Notes under the pieces: model-generated
Told to the model about the DNA's origin: nothing
What the model saw: the letters and a program-made list of their open reading frames with translations, nothing else
The model's database searches: none
Shown: piece after piece, positions 47,058 to 56,075 of the stretch
How the letters are laid out: each line of letters begins with the position of its first letter
Numbering within the stretch: the first letter of the stretch is position 1
Position numbers and translations under genes: made by a program
From: a virus
Direction: 5' to 3' (one strand)
IMG/VR virus record: IMGVR_UViG_3300008116_000018
DNA: 64,000 nt

Positions 47058-47588
47058 TTATATAATCGGCTTACTTAGAATCGATCTCAATCCAGATTCA
47101 ACTGAATTAATTGCGCTTCTATTTAAAATTTTAATTCTTGATTTGTTTACGTTTAATTGCAATTCATACTCATAGACTGTCTCTAGACTTCTACTGTCCG
47201 TTGTTAAATTTGAGTATTCTATCGCATCAATTATATTTCTGTCTGCGTCATAGTAATGCTTTGTCGTTGACATTGCGTTCTGTAGACTGCCGTATTTGTT
47301 TATAATATATTCTTTAAATGTCTCAGAGTTTCTTGGCCAGTCATCATATATGCTATGCACGTTGTTAGTCAACATAATAATCCAATCATATCCTGGATCT
47401 TCATAGAATTTATACGAAATGAAGTCTGGACTCTCTCCATCAGAAACCACATAAGGTGTATATGAAATTCCTCTATATTGCGTGAGAAAATCTTTTATCT
47501 TAGTGACTACATTAATATCAATTGCTTTTAAGAAATTGTAGTCATCGACTTTGTACGCAATTTTTGGGTAGTATGTGAATATGCTCAT
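47058..47588 (-). CDS. gp53: Baseplate wedge protein
   Basis: F...P.I.Y, DGESPD.IS...Y, WII.L.N, WP, YEYE...N. Confidence 0.9.
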   Translation of the reverse strand: MSIFTYYPKIAYKVDDYNFLKAIDINVVTKIKDFLTQYRGISYTPYVVSDGESPDFISYKFYEDPGYDWIIMLTNNVHSIYDDWPRNSETFKEYIINKYGSLQNAMSTTKHYYDADRNIIDAIEYSNLTTDSRSLETVYEYELQLNVNKSRIKILNRSAINSVESGLRSILSKPII

Positions 47589-47589
47589 A

Positions 47590-48657
47590 TTAGAAAATTG
47601 TTCTTGATGCGTTGTTATGATCTGTAAATACTGCGCCGTCTGTTGGCAATGATGTTTCTTTCAAGCTAAGGCTTAATGTAACTTCTGATGGATAATACTT
47701 ACCACCAGTAGCACCTTCAGGACTAAAAAATACCATTTTGTTTTGTCCACCATAATCGACCTGCACATTCTCTATGACACAATACTCACTAGAGAAAACT
47801 TGAGTTAAAAACGTATCAGTAGTTCCACCTCCGAATGCGCCTTTTTGCAAAACGATTTCGAATCTGCACATGTCTGGATATCCAAAACTAAAGTTACTTA
47901 CTGATGTTCTTGCGCCTACATCCAGTGATACTGCTCCGGTGTTACCATTACTGAATAAATCGTTAATTTCTGTTTGAGTAAACGTTCCTGCATTCGGGTC
48001 TGGTGGCGCATTTGGGTCTGGCGCCGCAGTTTCGGGTGCTCGATTTGTTACCGTATCGTCTGCGCCTTTGACTTTAAGTGTTATATTATCGCCTGCGCCT
48101 TTTGGTGATGCGGCAATTCTAAATGATTTTATGATCTGTATCATTTTTTCAGCTTCTTGCATACTTGTCGGCTTCATCGTAAATGGTAACGTGAATCTTC
48201 TGAAAGTTGGACCTTGATAAACTAATTGTTGAAATGTGTTTAGCACTCTTCGTGTCATGAATTCGTATTGCGCTTTTCCTGACAAACCAGCAGAACCAAG
48301 AAAACCAGCGGCACTACCAGCAGCCCCTGCTACTTGTTTATATAGCGCATCGAGTCCGCCTTTGGCTGCGGCACCAAGGGCACCAGAAACCGTTCCATCT
48401 GAACTTGGTTGACCAAAAATTGACTGCGTTTCTTGAAATCCATTAGATAGCGCACTCTGAAACGATCCACCCATGCGTATAAATACGATTGGACCTCTTG
48501 CTGTCGTTCCTAATGGATCAAAGAATTGAAATCTTGCCATTGGTGTGACAAATCCTGAATGCCCATAATCTGCTCCGAAAATTAATGTTGTGCCGCTACC
48601 GACAGGATATGACGCCGCACTTCTATTCGTTTCAAACGGACCTATTGATATTGTCAT
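47590..48657 (-). CDS. gp48: Baseplate tail-tube cap (gp48-like)
   Basis: YQGPTFR.F...F.M.P.S..EA, YP....I, V.VDY, L.LKET; divergent from gp4; late promoter 48686-48693. Confidence 0.8.
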   Translation of the reverse strand: MTISIGPFETNRSAASYPVGSGTTLIFGADYGHSGFVTPMARFQFFDPLGTTARGPIVFIRMGGSFQSALSNGFQETQSIFGQPSSDGTVSGALGAAAKGGLDALYKQVAGAAGSAAGFLGSAGLSGKAQYEFMTRRVLNTFQQLVYQGPTFRRFTLPFTMKPTSMQEAEKMIQIIKSFRIAASPKGAGDNITLKVKGADDTVTNRAPETAAPDPNAPPDPNAGTFTQTEINDLFSNGNTGAVSLDVGARTSVSNFSFGYPDMCRFEIVLQKGAFGGGTTDTFLTQVFSSEYCVIENVQVDYGGQNKMVFFSPEGATGGKYYPSEVTLSLSLKETSLPTDGAVFTDHNNASRTIF

Positions 48658-48690
48658 TGCTGTTTCCTTAAACTAATCATTATTCTATTT

Positions 48691-49134
48691 ATGTCATACA
48701 AAGGTAAATTTAAGCCTAAAAACTATCAAAAGTACAAAGGCAACCCAACAAATATTGTGTATCGTAGTTTGTTGGAGAGAAGATTCATGGTGTATTGTGA
48801 TGAGACTCCATCTATACTCGAATGGTCTTCCGAAGAAGTTGTCGTGCCTTATGTGTCTCCTGTTGACAATCGATATCATAGATATTTTGTTGATTTCTGG
48901 ATGAAATACAAAGACAGAAACGGAGAGATAAAATCTGTACTGATTGAAGTCAAGCCAGACATACAGACTCGACCACCTGTCAGAAAAAACACACCCAATG
49001 GTAAACCAACTAGACGATTTATCAATGAAGTAATGACATGGGGTGTCAATCAAGCAAAGTGGGAAGCGGCAACAAAGTACTCAATTGAAAGAAATTGGGA
49101 ATTTAAAATCATAACCGACAAAGATTTGAGATAA
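48691..49134 (+). CDS. gp4: Head completion nuclease
   Basis: YKGKF.P.N..KY.G, YRS..E, W.SEE, YFVDF, IEVKP, N.AKW.AA. Confidence 0.95.
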   Translation: MSYKGKFKPKNYQKYKGNPTNIVYRSLLERRFMVYCDETPSILEWSSEEVVVPYVSPVDNRYHRYFVDFWMKYKDRNGEIKSVLIEVKPDIQTRPPVRKNTPNGKPTRRFINEVMTWGVNQAKWEAATKYSIERNWEFKIITDKDLR

Positions 49135-49137
49135 ATA
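49130..49137 (+). promoter_or_regulatory. Late promoter GATAAATA, 5 nt before the gp2 ATG
   Basis: One-mismatch consensus; no SD between it and the ATG. Confidence 0.6.
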
Positions 49138-49142
49138 GAAGT

Positions 49143-49739
49143 ATGATATTCGATAACATACTCATTCAAGGCGCACGACAAGGCATCATTCCTGCAAGAA
49201 CAGTTGCGGCAAGGGATTGGTACAGGTCTGCGGCTGGCAAATTAATGTCAAACATAAGTCCATCAGTCTTTGAGAAAAGAACCGATGAGGCAAGAAAAGT
49301 TTCGTCAATGGAATTTGGATACATGTATGCATTCAAATACGATCCAAAAACAAAAAATGATTTGCCATACTACGATACCTTTCCATTAATCTTTCCAGTT
49401 AGAATGGACTCTGATGGATTTTTAGGAATTAACTTTCACTATTTACCTCCAGTGCTACGTGCTAAATTAATGAATGCATTATATTCTACATTGACAAACA
49501 AAAAATATGATGACACAACAAAAGTTAAAATTTCATATTCTATTCTACAATCCGCATCTAAGTACAGATACTTTAAACCGATGCTAAAGAAATATCTAAG
49601 AAGTCAAGTTCGTTCACAATTCTTAGAAGTGCAAGTAAACGAATGGGATATTGCTATTTTTCTACCAACAGAGTCTTTCAGAAAAGCAGACACAGGACGT
49701 GTTTGGGAAGAGTCACGCAAAAAGATAGGAAGAACATAA
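49143..49739 (+). CDS. gp2: DNA end protector protein
   Basis: YDPK.K..LPYYD.FPL, G.N.HYL, K.YL, A.FLPT..F. Confidence 0.95.
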   Translation: MIFDNILIQGARQGIIPARTVAARDWYRSAAGKLMSNISPSVFEKRTDEARKVSSMEFGYMYAFKYDPKTKNDLPYYDTFPLIFPVRMDSDGFLGINFHYLPPVLRAKLMNALYSTLTNKKYDDTTKVKISYSILQSASKYRYFKPMLKKYLRSQVRSQFLEVQVNEWDIAIFLPTESFRKADTGRVWEESRKKIGRT

Positions 49740-49740
49740 T

Positions 49741-50334
49741 ATGGCAACATACAACCTTTCCGGTACCGCATCTGGATATGCAATATCGAATTTACGTTCT
49801 AAATTAGGTGCTATTGCTAGACCAAACAATTTTTTAGTGTCTTTACAAACCCCAAGTTTTACTCAAGGCGGTAGTGTCAGAGCAGATAAGCCAAATCAAT
49901 CTACCATCGCACAAACTTTTGAATTTAGATGCGAAAGAGCCGAATTGCCAGGAAGAACAGTTGCGACCTCAGAAGACATAGGGTCTGGTCCAACAATTAA
50001 ACTTGGCTACGATATAACGTACAATGACATTCAATTGTCTATAATATGTGCTACTGATATGAAAGAGCGAAAGTTCTTTGAGAAGTGGATGGACTATATC
50101 ATAAAACCTTGGGGTTCACCAGATGCCGGAACAGTTGCATATTACAGCGACTATGCGCTAGGCAATACGCTTTTTGTGTCTCAACTTGACGATACTGGAA
50201 AAACAATTTTAACATATCAATGTACAGATGTTTATCCAATTGCACTTACTCCTATGAATGCAACTTGGGAAGAAACTAACACCTATCAACGATTTGGCGT
50301 TACACTTGCATATAGGCATCACACGTTTTCATAA
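49741..50334 (+). CDS. Tail-tube-fold baseplate protein (gp54-like)
   Basis: ARPN.F.V, CE.AELPG, ER.FFE.W, YY.DY, YP; lies between gp2 and gp26. Confidence 0.75.
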   Translation: MATYNLSGTASGYAISNLRSKLGAIARPNNFLVSLQTPSFTQGGSVRADKPNQSTIAQTFEFRCERAELPGRTVATSEDIGSGPTIKLGYDITYNDIQLSIICATDMKERKFFEKWMDYIIKPWGSPDAGTVAYYSDYALGNTLFVSQLDDTGKTILTYQCTDVYPIALTPMNATWEETNTYQRFGVTLAYRHHTFS

Positions 50335-50366
50335 TCATTTTTTAATATAACTACCGGAGAAATACT

Positions 50367-51113
50367 ATGGCTTTACCAAAAATTAATAACCCAATATTTG
50401 AATTGACTTTACCATCAACAGGTGCAAGTATCAAATACAGACCATTCTTAGTGAAAGAACAAAAAATTCTTTTACTTGCTATGGAATCACAGGATCAAAA
50501 ATCAGTATTGACAGCAATTAAACAAATTGTCAATAACTGTGCTATTGATGAAATCGACACAAGCAAAATTCCAACATTCGACTTAGAATATTTCTTTATG
50601 AGATTGAGAGCAAAGTCAATTGGAGAAACAATTGATTTGAAATTGCGTCATCCAACTGGATACAATTCTGACGTTCAAGAGTGTGACGGCATTACTGATG
50701 GAAAATTAAACTTGTTGGAAATTGAAGTTATAAAAACAGAAAACCACACAGATAAGATTCTTCTTGACGAAGAAACTGGCATTGGTATTAAATTAAAATA
50801 TCCTAACGTCAATATGGCGATAGATGCTGGTTCGAATATTGAAGACAAGCATCAAATGGATCTTGCGACAGATGCAATCATCAACAGCATTGAGTACATC
50901 TTTGATAAAGAAAATGTATTCAAGAAAGAAGATTACACAAAGAAAGAGTTGTTAGAGTTCATTGAAAACTTGAATCAAGATCAATACTTGAAACTGACAA
51001 AGTTCTTTGAGTTGATGCCTAAGTTGAAACACAAAGTAGAGTGGAAGTGTCAGAAATGCGGATGTAGAGATGAGATTACTATGGAAGGTCTGCAAAGTTT
51101 TTTCGGCTTCTGA
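50367..51113 (+). CDS. gp26: Baseplate hub assembly protein
   Basis: MALPK, YRPFLVKEQK.LL, FDLEY.F..LRAKS.GE, FFE.MPKL, CxxC, EGLQSFF. Confidence 0.92.
   Translation: MALPKINNPIFELTLPSTGASIKYRPFLVKEQKILLLAMESQDQKSVLTAIKQIVNNCAIDEIDTSKIPTFDLEYFFMRLRAKSIGETIDLKLRHPTGYNSDVQECDGITDGKLNLLEIEVIKTENHTDKILLDEETGIGIKLKYPNVNMAIDAGSNIEDKHQMDLATDAIINSIEYIFDKENVFKKEDYTKKELLEFIENLNQDQYLKLTKFFELMPKLKHKVEWKCQKCGCRDEITMEGLQSFFGF
51098..51104 (+). other. Candidate -1 frameshift heptamer T TTT TTC
   Basis: In phase with gp26 codons agT TTT TTC; the -1 frame is open from 51074 to 51304. Confidence 0.65.
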
Positions 51114-51304
51114 TAGGAGGTGAAAGCCTAGCTACCTACTATCAAACAAACTTTTCTCTAATGCAACATCATAAATATGACTTGGAAACGTTAGAGAATA
51201 TGATACCCTTTGAACGTGAATTGTATATAATGTTATTATCTCAACATATTGAGAGTGTAAATGAACAGCAAAAATTACAAGCACAACAAAGAGGACGAAG
51301 ATAA
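51104..51304 (+). CDS. gp51: gp51-like hub assembly ORF (first ATG at 51161; probably expressed as a frameshift extension of gp26)
   Basis: Not in track. ESLATYYQTNFSLMQHHKYDLETLENMIPFERELYIMLL. Confidence 0.85.
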   Translation, partial: RLLIGGESLATYYQTNFSLMQHHKYDLETLENMIPFERELYIMLLSQHIESVNEQQKLQAQQRGRR

Positions 51305-51802
51305 ATGGCTACGCAAAAAGAATACGAAAAACTGAGTGATAGCGACAAGAAAAAAGAAGATTGGATGAACGCCAAATGGCGCCCAATGATGGGTTGGATT
51401 TACATGATAACTTGTGTGACCGACTTCATCCTCTTTCCTATTCTCTGGTCTATATTACAAGCGTCACTAAAACAACCAGTGACTGCTTGGCAACCAATTA
51501 CACTACAAGGTGCAGGATTGTTTCATTTGTCTATGGGTGCTATTATTGGTATTGCCGCATTTGGTCGTACACAAGAAAAACTAGCAGGAGCAAACAATGG
51601 CGGAATGCAACCCGTTGGACAAAGCGTCACAACAACATATGGTTCGCCTTCAGCGGGCGGATTCGGAGCATCAAGTAGCTTTGGTAGCAGTCCAAGCCTT
51701 GGAGCATCAACGTCTAGCTTTGGTGCATCATCAAAACCCGCAACAGGAAAATCAGCACGATTTGCAGAAGCCGATCCAGACTCTGTATTCGACAGAGGAT
51801 AA
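51305..51802 (+). CDS. Membrane protein, GTA-type 3TM holin-like, with low-complexity G/S tail
   Basis: WRPMMGW.Y...C..DF.LFP.LW, W.P.TL, MGAI.G..A.GRT.EK. Confidence 0.65.
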   Translation: MATQKEYEKLSDSDKKKEDWMNAKWRPMMGWIYMITCVTDFILFPILWSILQASLKQPVTAWQPITLQGAGLFHLSMGAIIGIAAFGRTQEKLAGANNGGMQPVGQSVTTTYGSPSAGGFGASSSFGSSPSLGASTSSFGASSKPATGKSARFAEADPDSVFDRG

Positions 51803-51809
51803 TTAATAT

Positions 51810-54800
51810 ATGGCAACAATAGGATACGCAAGCGCACTCGGTAGCATCGCAAAAGATGCAATTAGTGGTGCGGGTAAAGGATTCGTTGGCGGGCTAAAAG
51901 GCGCAATGATGAGTGAGGCTCCAGGTATTACTGGTGCTTACGCATTTGGAAAAGAATTAAAAAATCGTGCTAATGCGCCAAGAGTAACAGCTGGTGGAAA
52001 ATCTTCTCCTACTAGTTCATCATCTCCTGCAATGGGTGGTTTCGGTGCAAGCGTTGCAATGGTTGCTAGTCAATCACAAGGTAACGTTATTAGTCTTGAA
52101 CAAGTCAGACAACTAAAACAATTAAATAAAAATGTTGTTAATCAGTCTAAACTTCTTTTAGCCCAAATCAACGAAACAAAAAGAAAAGATTTGTTTGCAG
52201 AAGAGATTGCAAATGAACAAACATTACGTGACGAAAAACTTTTAAATGCTGTTGAAAGACTTGGTGGTGGTAGAGGTGGTAGAGGCGGTGCTGGAGGTGG
52301 TGGCGGTGATGATGATGGAAGTTTCATCGGCGGGGTTGCGGGTGGATTTGTTTTAAGAAAACTCATAGTTGGTGTAGTTCGTGCATTAGCAATGACGCCA
52401 CAAGGCCGTATTGCAACTGCCGCCGTCTTAGGTGGTATGGCAGTCAATAGCGCAATGGCTGATACTAAACCAGCGCCCACGCCCGCACAAACTAAATCTG
52501 ACTATGATAATTTAGTTAAACGTCAAGCGGCACTTCAAGCCGCAGCCGAAAAAGAATATAAGCGATCAGCAACAGGCGCTGGCCAGTCATCCAAATATCA
52601 ACAGATACAGGCTGAAAAAAGAAAAGTAGACGAACAGATAAAGATGATGAAGCCGAGTGTCGCAAATAAAGACGGCACAGCAAAAGTAGTTACCGAAAGT
52701 AATTATCTTGATAATTTAGCAAGAGCAGAATCGAGTAATGATCCTAATGCTAGAAATCCTCTGCCCGGTCAAACTGCATCTGGACTATATCAATTCACAA
52801 AAGGCACATGGAGTGGCACAGTTGAAAAGATGGCTGCCAGAGGGTTGATATCAAGAGCCGATTATGCAGATGAGAAAAATAGATTTGATCCAGCTAAAGC
52901 AAAAAAAGTTGCAGAATTCTTTACAGAACAAAACGCATTAGGATTAAGAAAAAGTCTAGGGCGTGATCCTACGCAAGCCGATCTTTACATGGCCCACTTT
53001 TTAGGCTTGGGCGCAACCGACAGCGGCGCAATTAGATTCTTACAAGCGTATCAACAAAACCCTGATGCATTAGCAATTAGTTTTGTTGGTCCAGAACAAG
53101 CAAAAGCCAATCAATCAATATTCTACACAAAAGATGTTCCTCCTAGACCTCGCACGTTAGCTGAAGTCTATGCAATTATGTCTAATAAAATTGGTGGTGG
53201 ACCAGTAGCATCAACGGGAAATAAAAATACAGTACCTAGTACAGGCAATACACCTGTTGTGCCTAACGCACCAAGCGTTGGCGCATTTAAAAAGGAATTT
53301 AAAGTCGCAGGCTATCGTGCAGGAGATCAATTAGATGCCGGCGGTGTGTCTCCTGTTGAAGACTTCTATAAAGGACTTGCATCAACGCCAGAAGGTGCGG
53401 CATTAGTCGCAGTCGCATCTAAGTCTAGAAGCCTTAGTGTTGGTGGTGGCGGAACCCAAATTAAAGACGATAAGCCAGTATCCGTTCACGACAAAAAAGC
53501 ATTTGAACAAAATGCAAAGATTGCAAAAGCACAAGGTATCAATCCAACGAGTGGTGCTCTTTTAAAAAGTGCGGCTGGTTCTTACGGAAATGCACTTAAC
53601 ACACAAGCGTTCAAGCCGTTATTTCGTTCGAACAGCGACATTATTTCACAAGTAAACAAAACGTTTTTACAGCAGTTTAGAAGCACTGCAACAGCCGCAT
53701 TCACACAAGCAATAACAAAAGGTTTATTCCCTAAAGGTTTTGGTGTATCATTCAGCCAAGCTAGCCAAGACGATATGTATCGTGGTCAGCAACTACAAAA
53801 GATTTTCGGTACAGACAAAATAATTACTGATGCAACAACTAAACTTTTAGGCAAACAGTATGGACCAATGTTTGCACCTTTGTTTAGTAATCTTGCACAA
53901 GGATATCTAGAAGTTGGTTCTAGAATGGCTGGAAAAGCAATTTTCCAAGGCATAGGTGGTTTAGACGCAATAGAAACCCAAGGCATCACAGGACAAGTTC
54001 TTGGAAACCTTGCCGCAGGAAATAAAAAGTTAGCGTTTGAGCAATTACTATTCGGTGCATCTGGCGGTGCAAAGAGTGGTGTTGCGTTGGGTGCAGAGAC
54101 TCTTTTCGCTAAGTACGGCTTTGCTAATCCAGCAGAAGGCATCTCATACTTTGCAAGTGCATTAGGCGAAAGAGCGACACAACCATTTGCAAAATTAATG
54201 GGCGCAGACGATAGAAGTAAATCTATAATATTTGATCCTAGAACAAAACAACATGTGTATGCTGACACAGGTGAACGTGCTAGTCAAGCGGATATTAATG
54301 CCGCAGGCATGGGCTACGGAGGTCGTATAAGTCAAACTCCGATGTTTGGTCCTGGTATGAATAATTATGGTATGGGATTTGATCCGTATGGAACAACTGC
54401 CGGCGTAAACGGAACATTTAGATATAATGCTGGTGGTTCTCAGTTTCAACAAATTTTACAATCAAAACCAGGTACTGGACCTAGCAGATCGCAATATTTT
54501 GGATTAACAGATCAACAGCAAGCCGCAGGTGGTGCTAAGTTAATTGCTGAACAAAATACAATGCTTAGAGCGCAAGGTGAAGTACAAAATAAACAATTAG
54601 AACAACAGGCTAAGTTAGCAGAAGAAGCCGCAAAGCGTGAATTTGATATTGCAAGTAAACAAGCCAGCAGTCAAGCTGAAGCTGATGCGGCTCAAGCGGC
54701 ATACGATAAAGCATTGAATGAAGCTAAGACTAGTACAGATAGAGTAGATACTGATAGAGTCATTGCAAAGTTGGATCAAGTTGGTGGTAAACCTTCTGGT

Positions 54801-56075
54801 GGTGGAACAGAAGTTAGAGACAAAGATGGTAATCTTGTTGTTAGAAGACCGGGTCAATTATTCGGACAAAGTTATGATAAAGATGGAAAGGCAATTAATG
54901 ATCCGATGAAAGAAATCGGAAACTTTGCATTTGATATGGGTAAAATTGCGTTGGGTAATAATTTGACTAAAGGCATTAAGAATCCATACATGCAGATGGT
55001 TGCAAACTTTGCAATTCAAAAAGGATTGAATTACGGTGTCGAGGCATTATTTGGTAAAGGTGGTTTAGATTTCGGAAGTATCTTAGATAAAGCTGGCGGC
55101 AGTCTAATGGATTTTTTTGGTTTTGGTAGCAGTGCGGCATCTAGTTCTATTATAGATTCGGCCGCAACTACCCTTTTTGATGGAGTATCGGCAGATATTC
55201 TACCTGATGTATTCAGTTTCTTGGCCGCTGATGGCGGTTATATTTCAGGTCCAGGAACAGGAAGATCAGACTCTATACCTGCTAGGTTGTCTAATGGTGA
55301 ATTTGTTGTCAATGCGGCAGCTACTGAAATATATCGTCCTTTGTTAGATTCGATAAATGCTAAAAAATATGCAGACGGAACAACAAGTACGCCAGGATCA
55401 TCAAAAGCACTATCTACTGCACTAGGAACAGATAAGCAATTAAGTGCGCTAGGCGATCAAACAGATTTACTCACAAGCATTGATGGTTCCCTCAGAGTAA
55501 TTTCAGGACAAGGAACATCATCTGGTACTGGACTCGCATTCGATACTGGATTAGGTGGTGCTTTTGGTGGTGGCGGCGGAAGTATTAGTAGTGGTAGTGC
55601 TATGGTAGTGAATGGAGTGTCTAGATCAGGTAGCGTCCGAGGTCGAGCGACACAAAAACCATCAACGATGGATTATGTAGAAGCAATTGGCGGCAGTATG
55701 CTGAAGAGTTTCGCAATCAACAAAGCAATCGGTGCGGTGTCTACATCATTGTTTGGTGCTACGCCCATGGCTCTAGCCAGCAATTTTTATAGTGGCGCAC
55801 AACTTGGAATGGCAGGTTTCACGCCTGCTACCTTTGTGGGTCCACTTCAGCCTGGCGCTCTTACGGGTCTGGAAATGTTTGGTGGTAGTGCGGCCGCTTC
55901 GACTGCACCAGTTGTTGCGGGTGAGGTTGCTGGCACTGCCGCTTTGACAGAAGGTAGCCTTGCGGCCGCACCTGAATTAGCCGCAATGGGTCCTGTTGGA
56001 TGGACAGTGCTGGCTGTTGTTGCGGTTCTTCACCTCCACCAAAAGAGCCTAAATTTCATGCCGCAATATACATAA
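51810..56075 (+). CDS. Tape measure-like protein with lytic transglycosylase domain (N-terminal part)
   Basis: A/G-rich helical protein; AESS...ASGLYQF...TW...LY.AHF.G; ADGG.ISGPGTG.SDSIPARLSNGEFVVNA. Confidence 0.8.
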   Translation: MATIGYASALGSIAKDAISGAGKGFVGGLKGAMMSEAPGITGAYAFGKELKNRANAPRVTAGGKSSPTSSSSPAMGGFGASVAMVASQSQGNVISLEQVRQLKQLNKNVVNQSKLLLAQINETKRKDLFAEEIANEQTLRDEKLLNAVERLGGGRGGRGGAGGGGGDDDGSFIGGVAGGFVLRKLIVGVVRALAMTPQGRIATAAVLGGMAVNSAMADTKPAPTPAQTKSDYDNLVKRQAALQAAAEKEYKRSATGAGQSSKYQQIQAEKRKVDEQIKMMKPSVANKDGTAKVVTESNYLDNLARAESSNDPNARNPLPGQTASGLYQFTKGTWSGTVEKMAARGLISRADYADEKNRFDPAKAKKVAEFFTEQNALGLRKSLGRDPTQADLYMAHFLGLGATDSGAIRFLQAYQQNPDALAISFVGPEQAKANQSIFYTKDVPPRPRTLAEVYAIMSNKIGGGPVASTGNKNTVPSTGNTPVVPNAPSVGAFKKEFKVAGYRAGDQLDAGGVSPVEDFYKGLASTPEGAALVAVASKSRSLSVGGGGTQIKDDKPVSVHDKKAFEQNAKIAKAQGINPTSGALLKSAAGSYGNALNTQAFKPLFRSNSDIISQVNKTFLQQFRSTATAAFTQAITKGLFPKGFGVSFSQASQDDMYRGQQLQKIFGTDKIITDATTKLLGKQYGPMFAPLFSNLAQGYLEVGSRMAGKAIFQGIGGLDAIETQGITGQVLGNLAAGNKKLAFEQLLFGASGGAKSGVALGAETLFAKYGFANPAEGISYFASALGERATQPFAKLMGADDRSKSIIFDPRTKQHVYADTGERASQADINAAGMGYGGRISQTPMFGPGMNNYGMGFDPYGTTAGVNGTFRYNAGGSQFQQILQSKPGTGPSRSQYFGLTDQQQAAGGAKLIAEQNTMLRAQGEVQNKQLEQQAKLAEEAAKREFDIASKQASSQAEADAAQAAYDKALNEAKTSTDRVDTDRVIAKLDQVGGKPSGGGTEVRDKDGNLVVRRPGQLFGQSYDKDGKAINDPMKEIGNFAFDMGKIALGNNLTKGIKNPYMQMVANFAIQKGLNYGVEALFGKGGLDFGSILDKAGGSLMDFFGFGSSAASSSIIDSAATTLFDGVSADILPDVFSFLAADGGYISGPGTGRSDSIPARLSNGEFVVNAAATEIYRPLLDSINAKKYADGTTSTPGSSKALSTALGTDKQLSALGDQTDLLTSIDGSLRVISGQGTSSGTGLAFDTGLGGAFGGGGGSISSGSAMVVNGVSRSGSVRGRATQKPSTMDYVEAIGGSMLKSFAINKAIGAVSTSLFGATPMALASNFYSGAQLGMAGFTPATFVGPLQPGALTGLEMFGGSAAASTAPVVAGEVAGTAALTEGSLAAAPELAAMGPVGWTVLAVVAVLHLHQKSLNFMPQYT

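Noticed and set aside
51114-51131. AGGAGG + GTG as an independent gp51 start
   Set aside because: The GTG is in the gp26 frame and stops after three codons; the SD is ~40 nt from the ATG at 51161
56038-56046. C CAA AAG as a programmed frameshift site in the tape measure
   Set aside because: Not an X XXY YYZ heptamer, and the natural-looking sequence switches frame upstream of it
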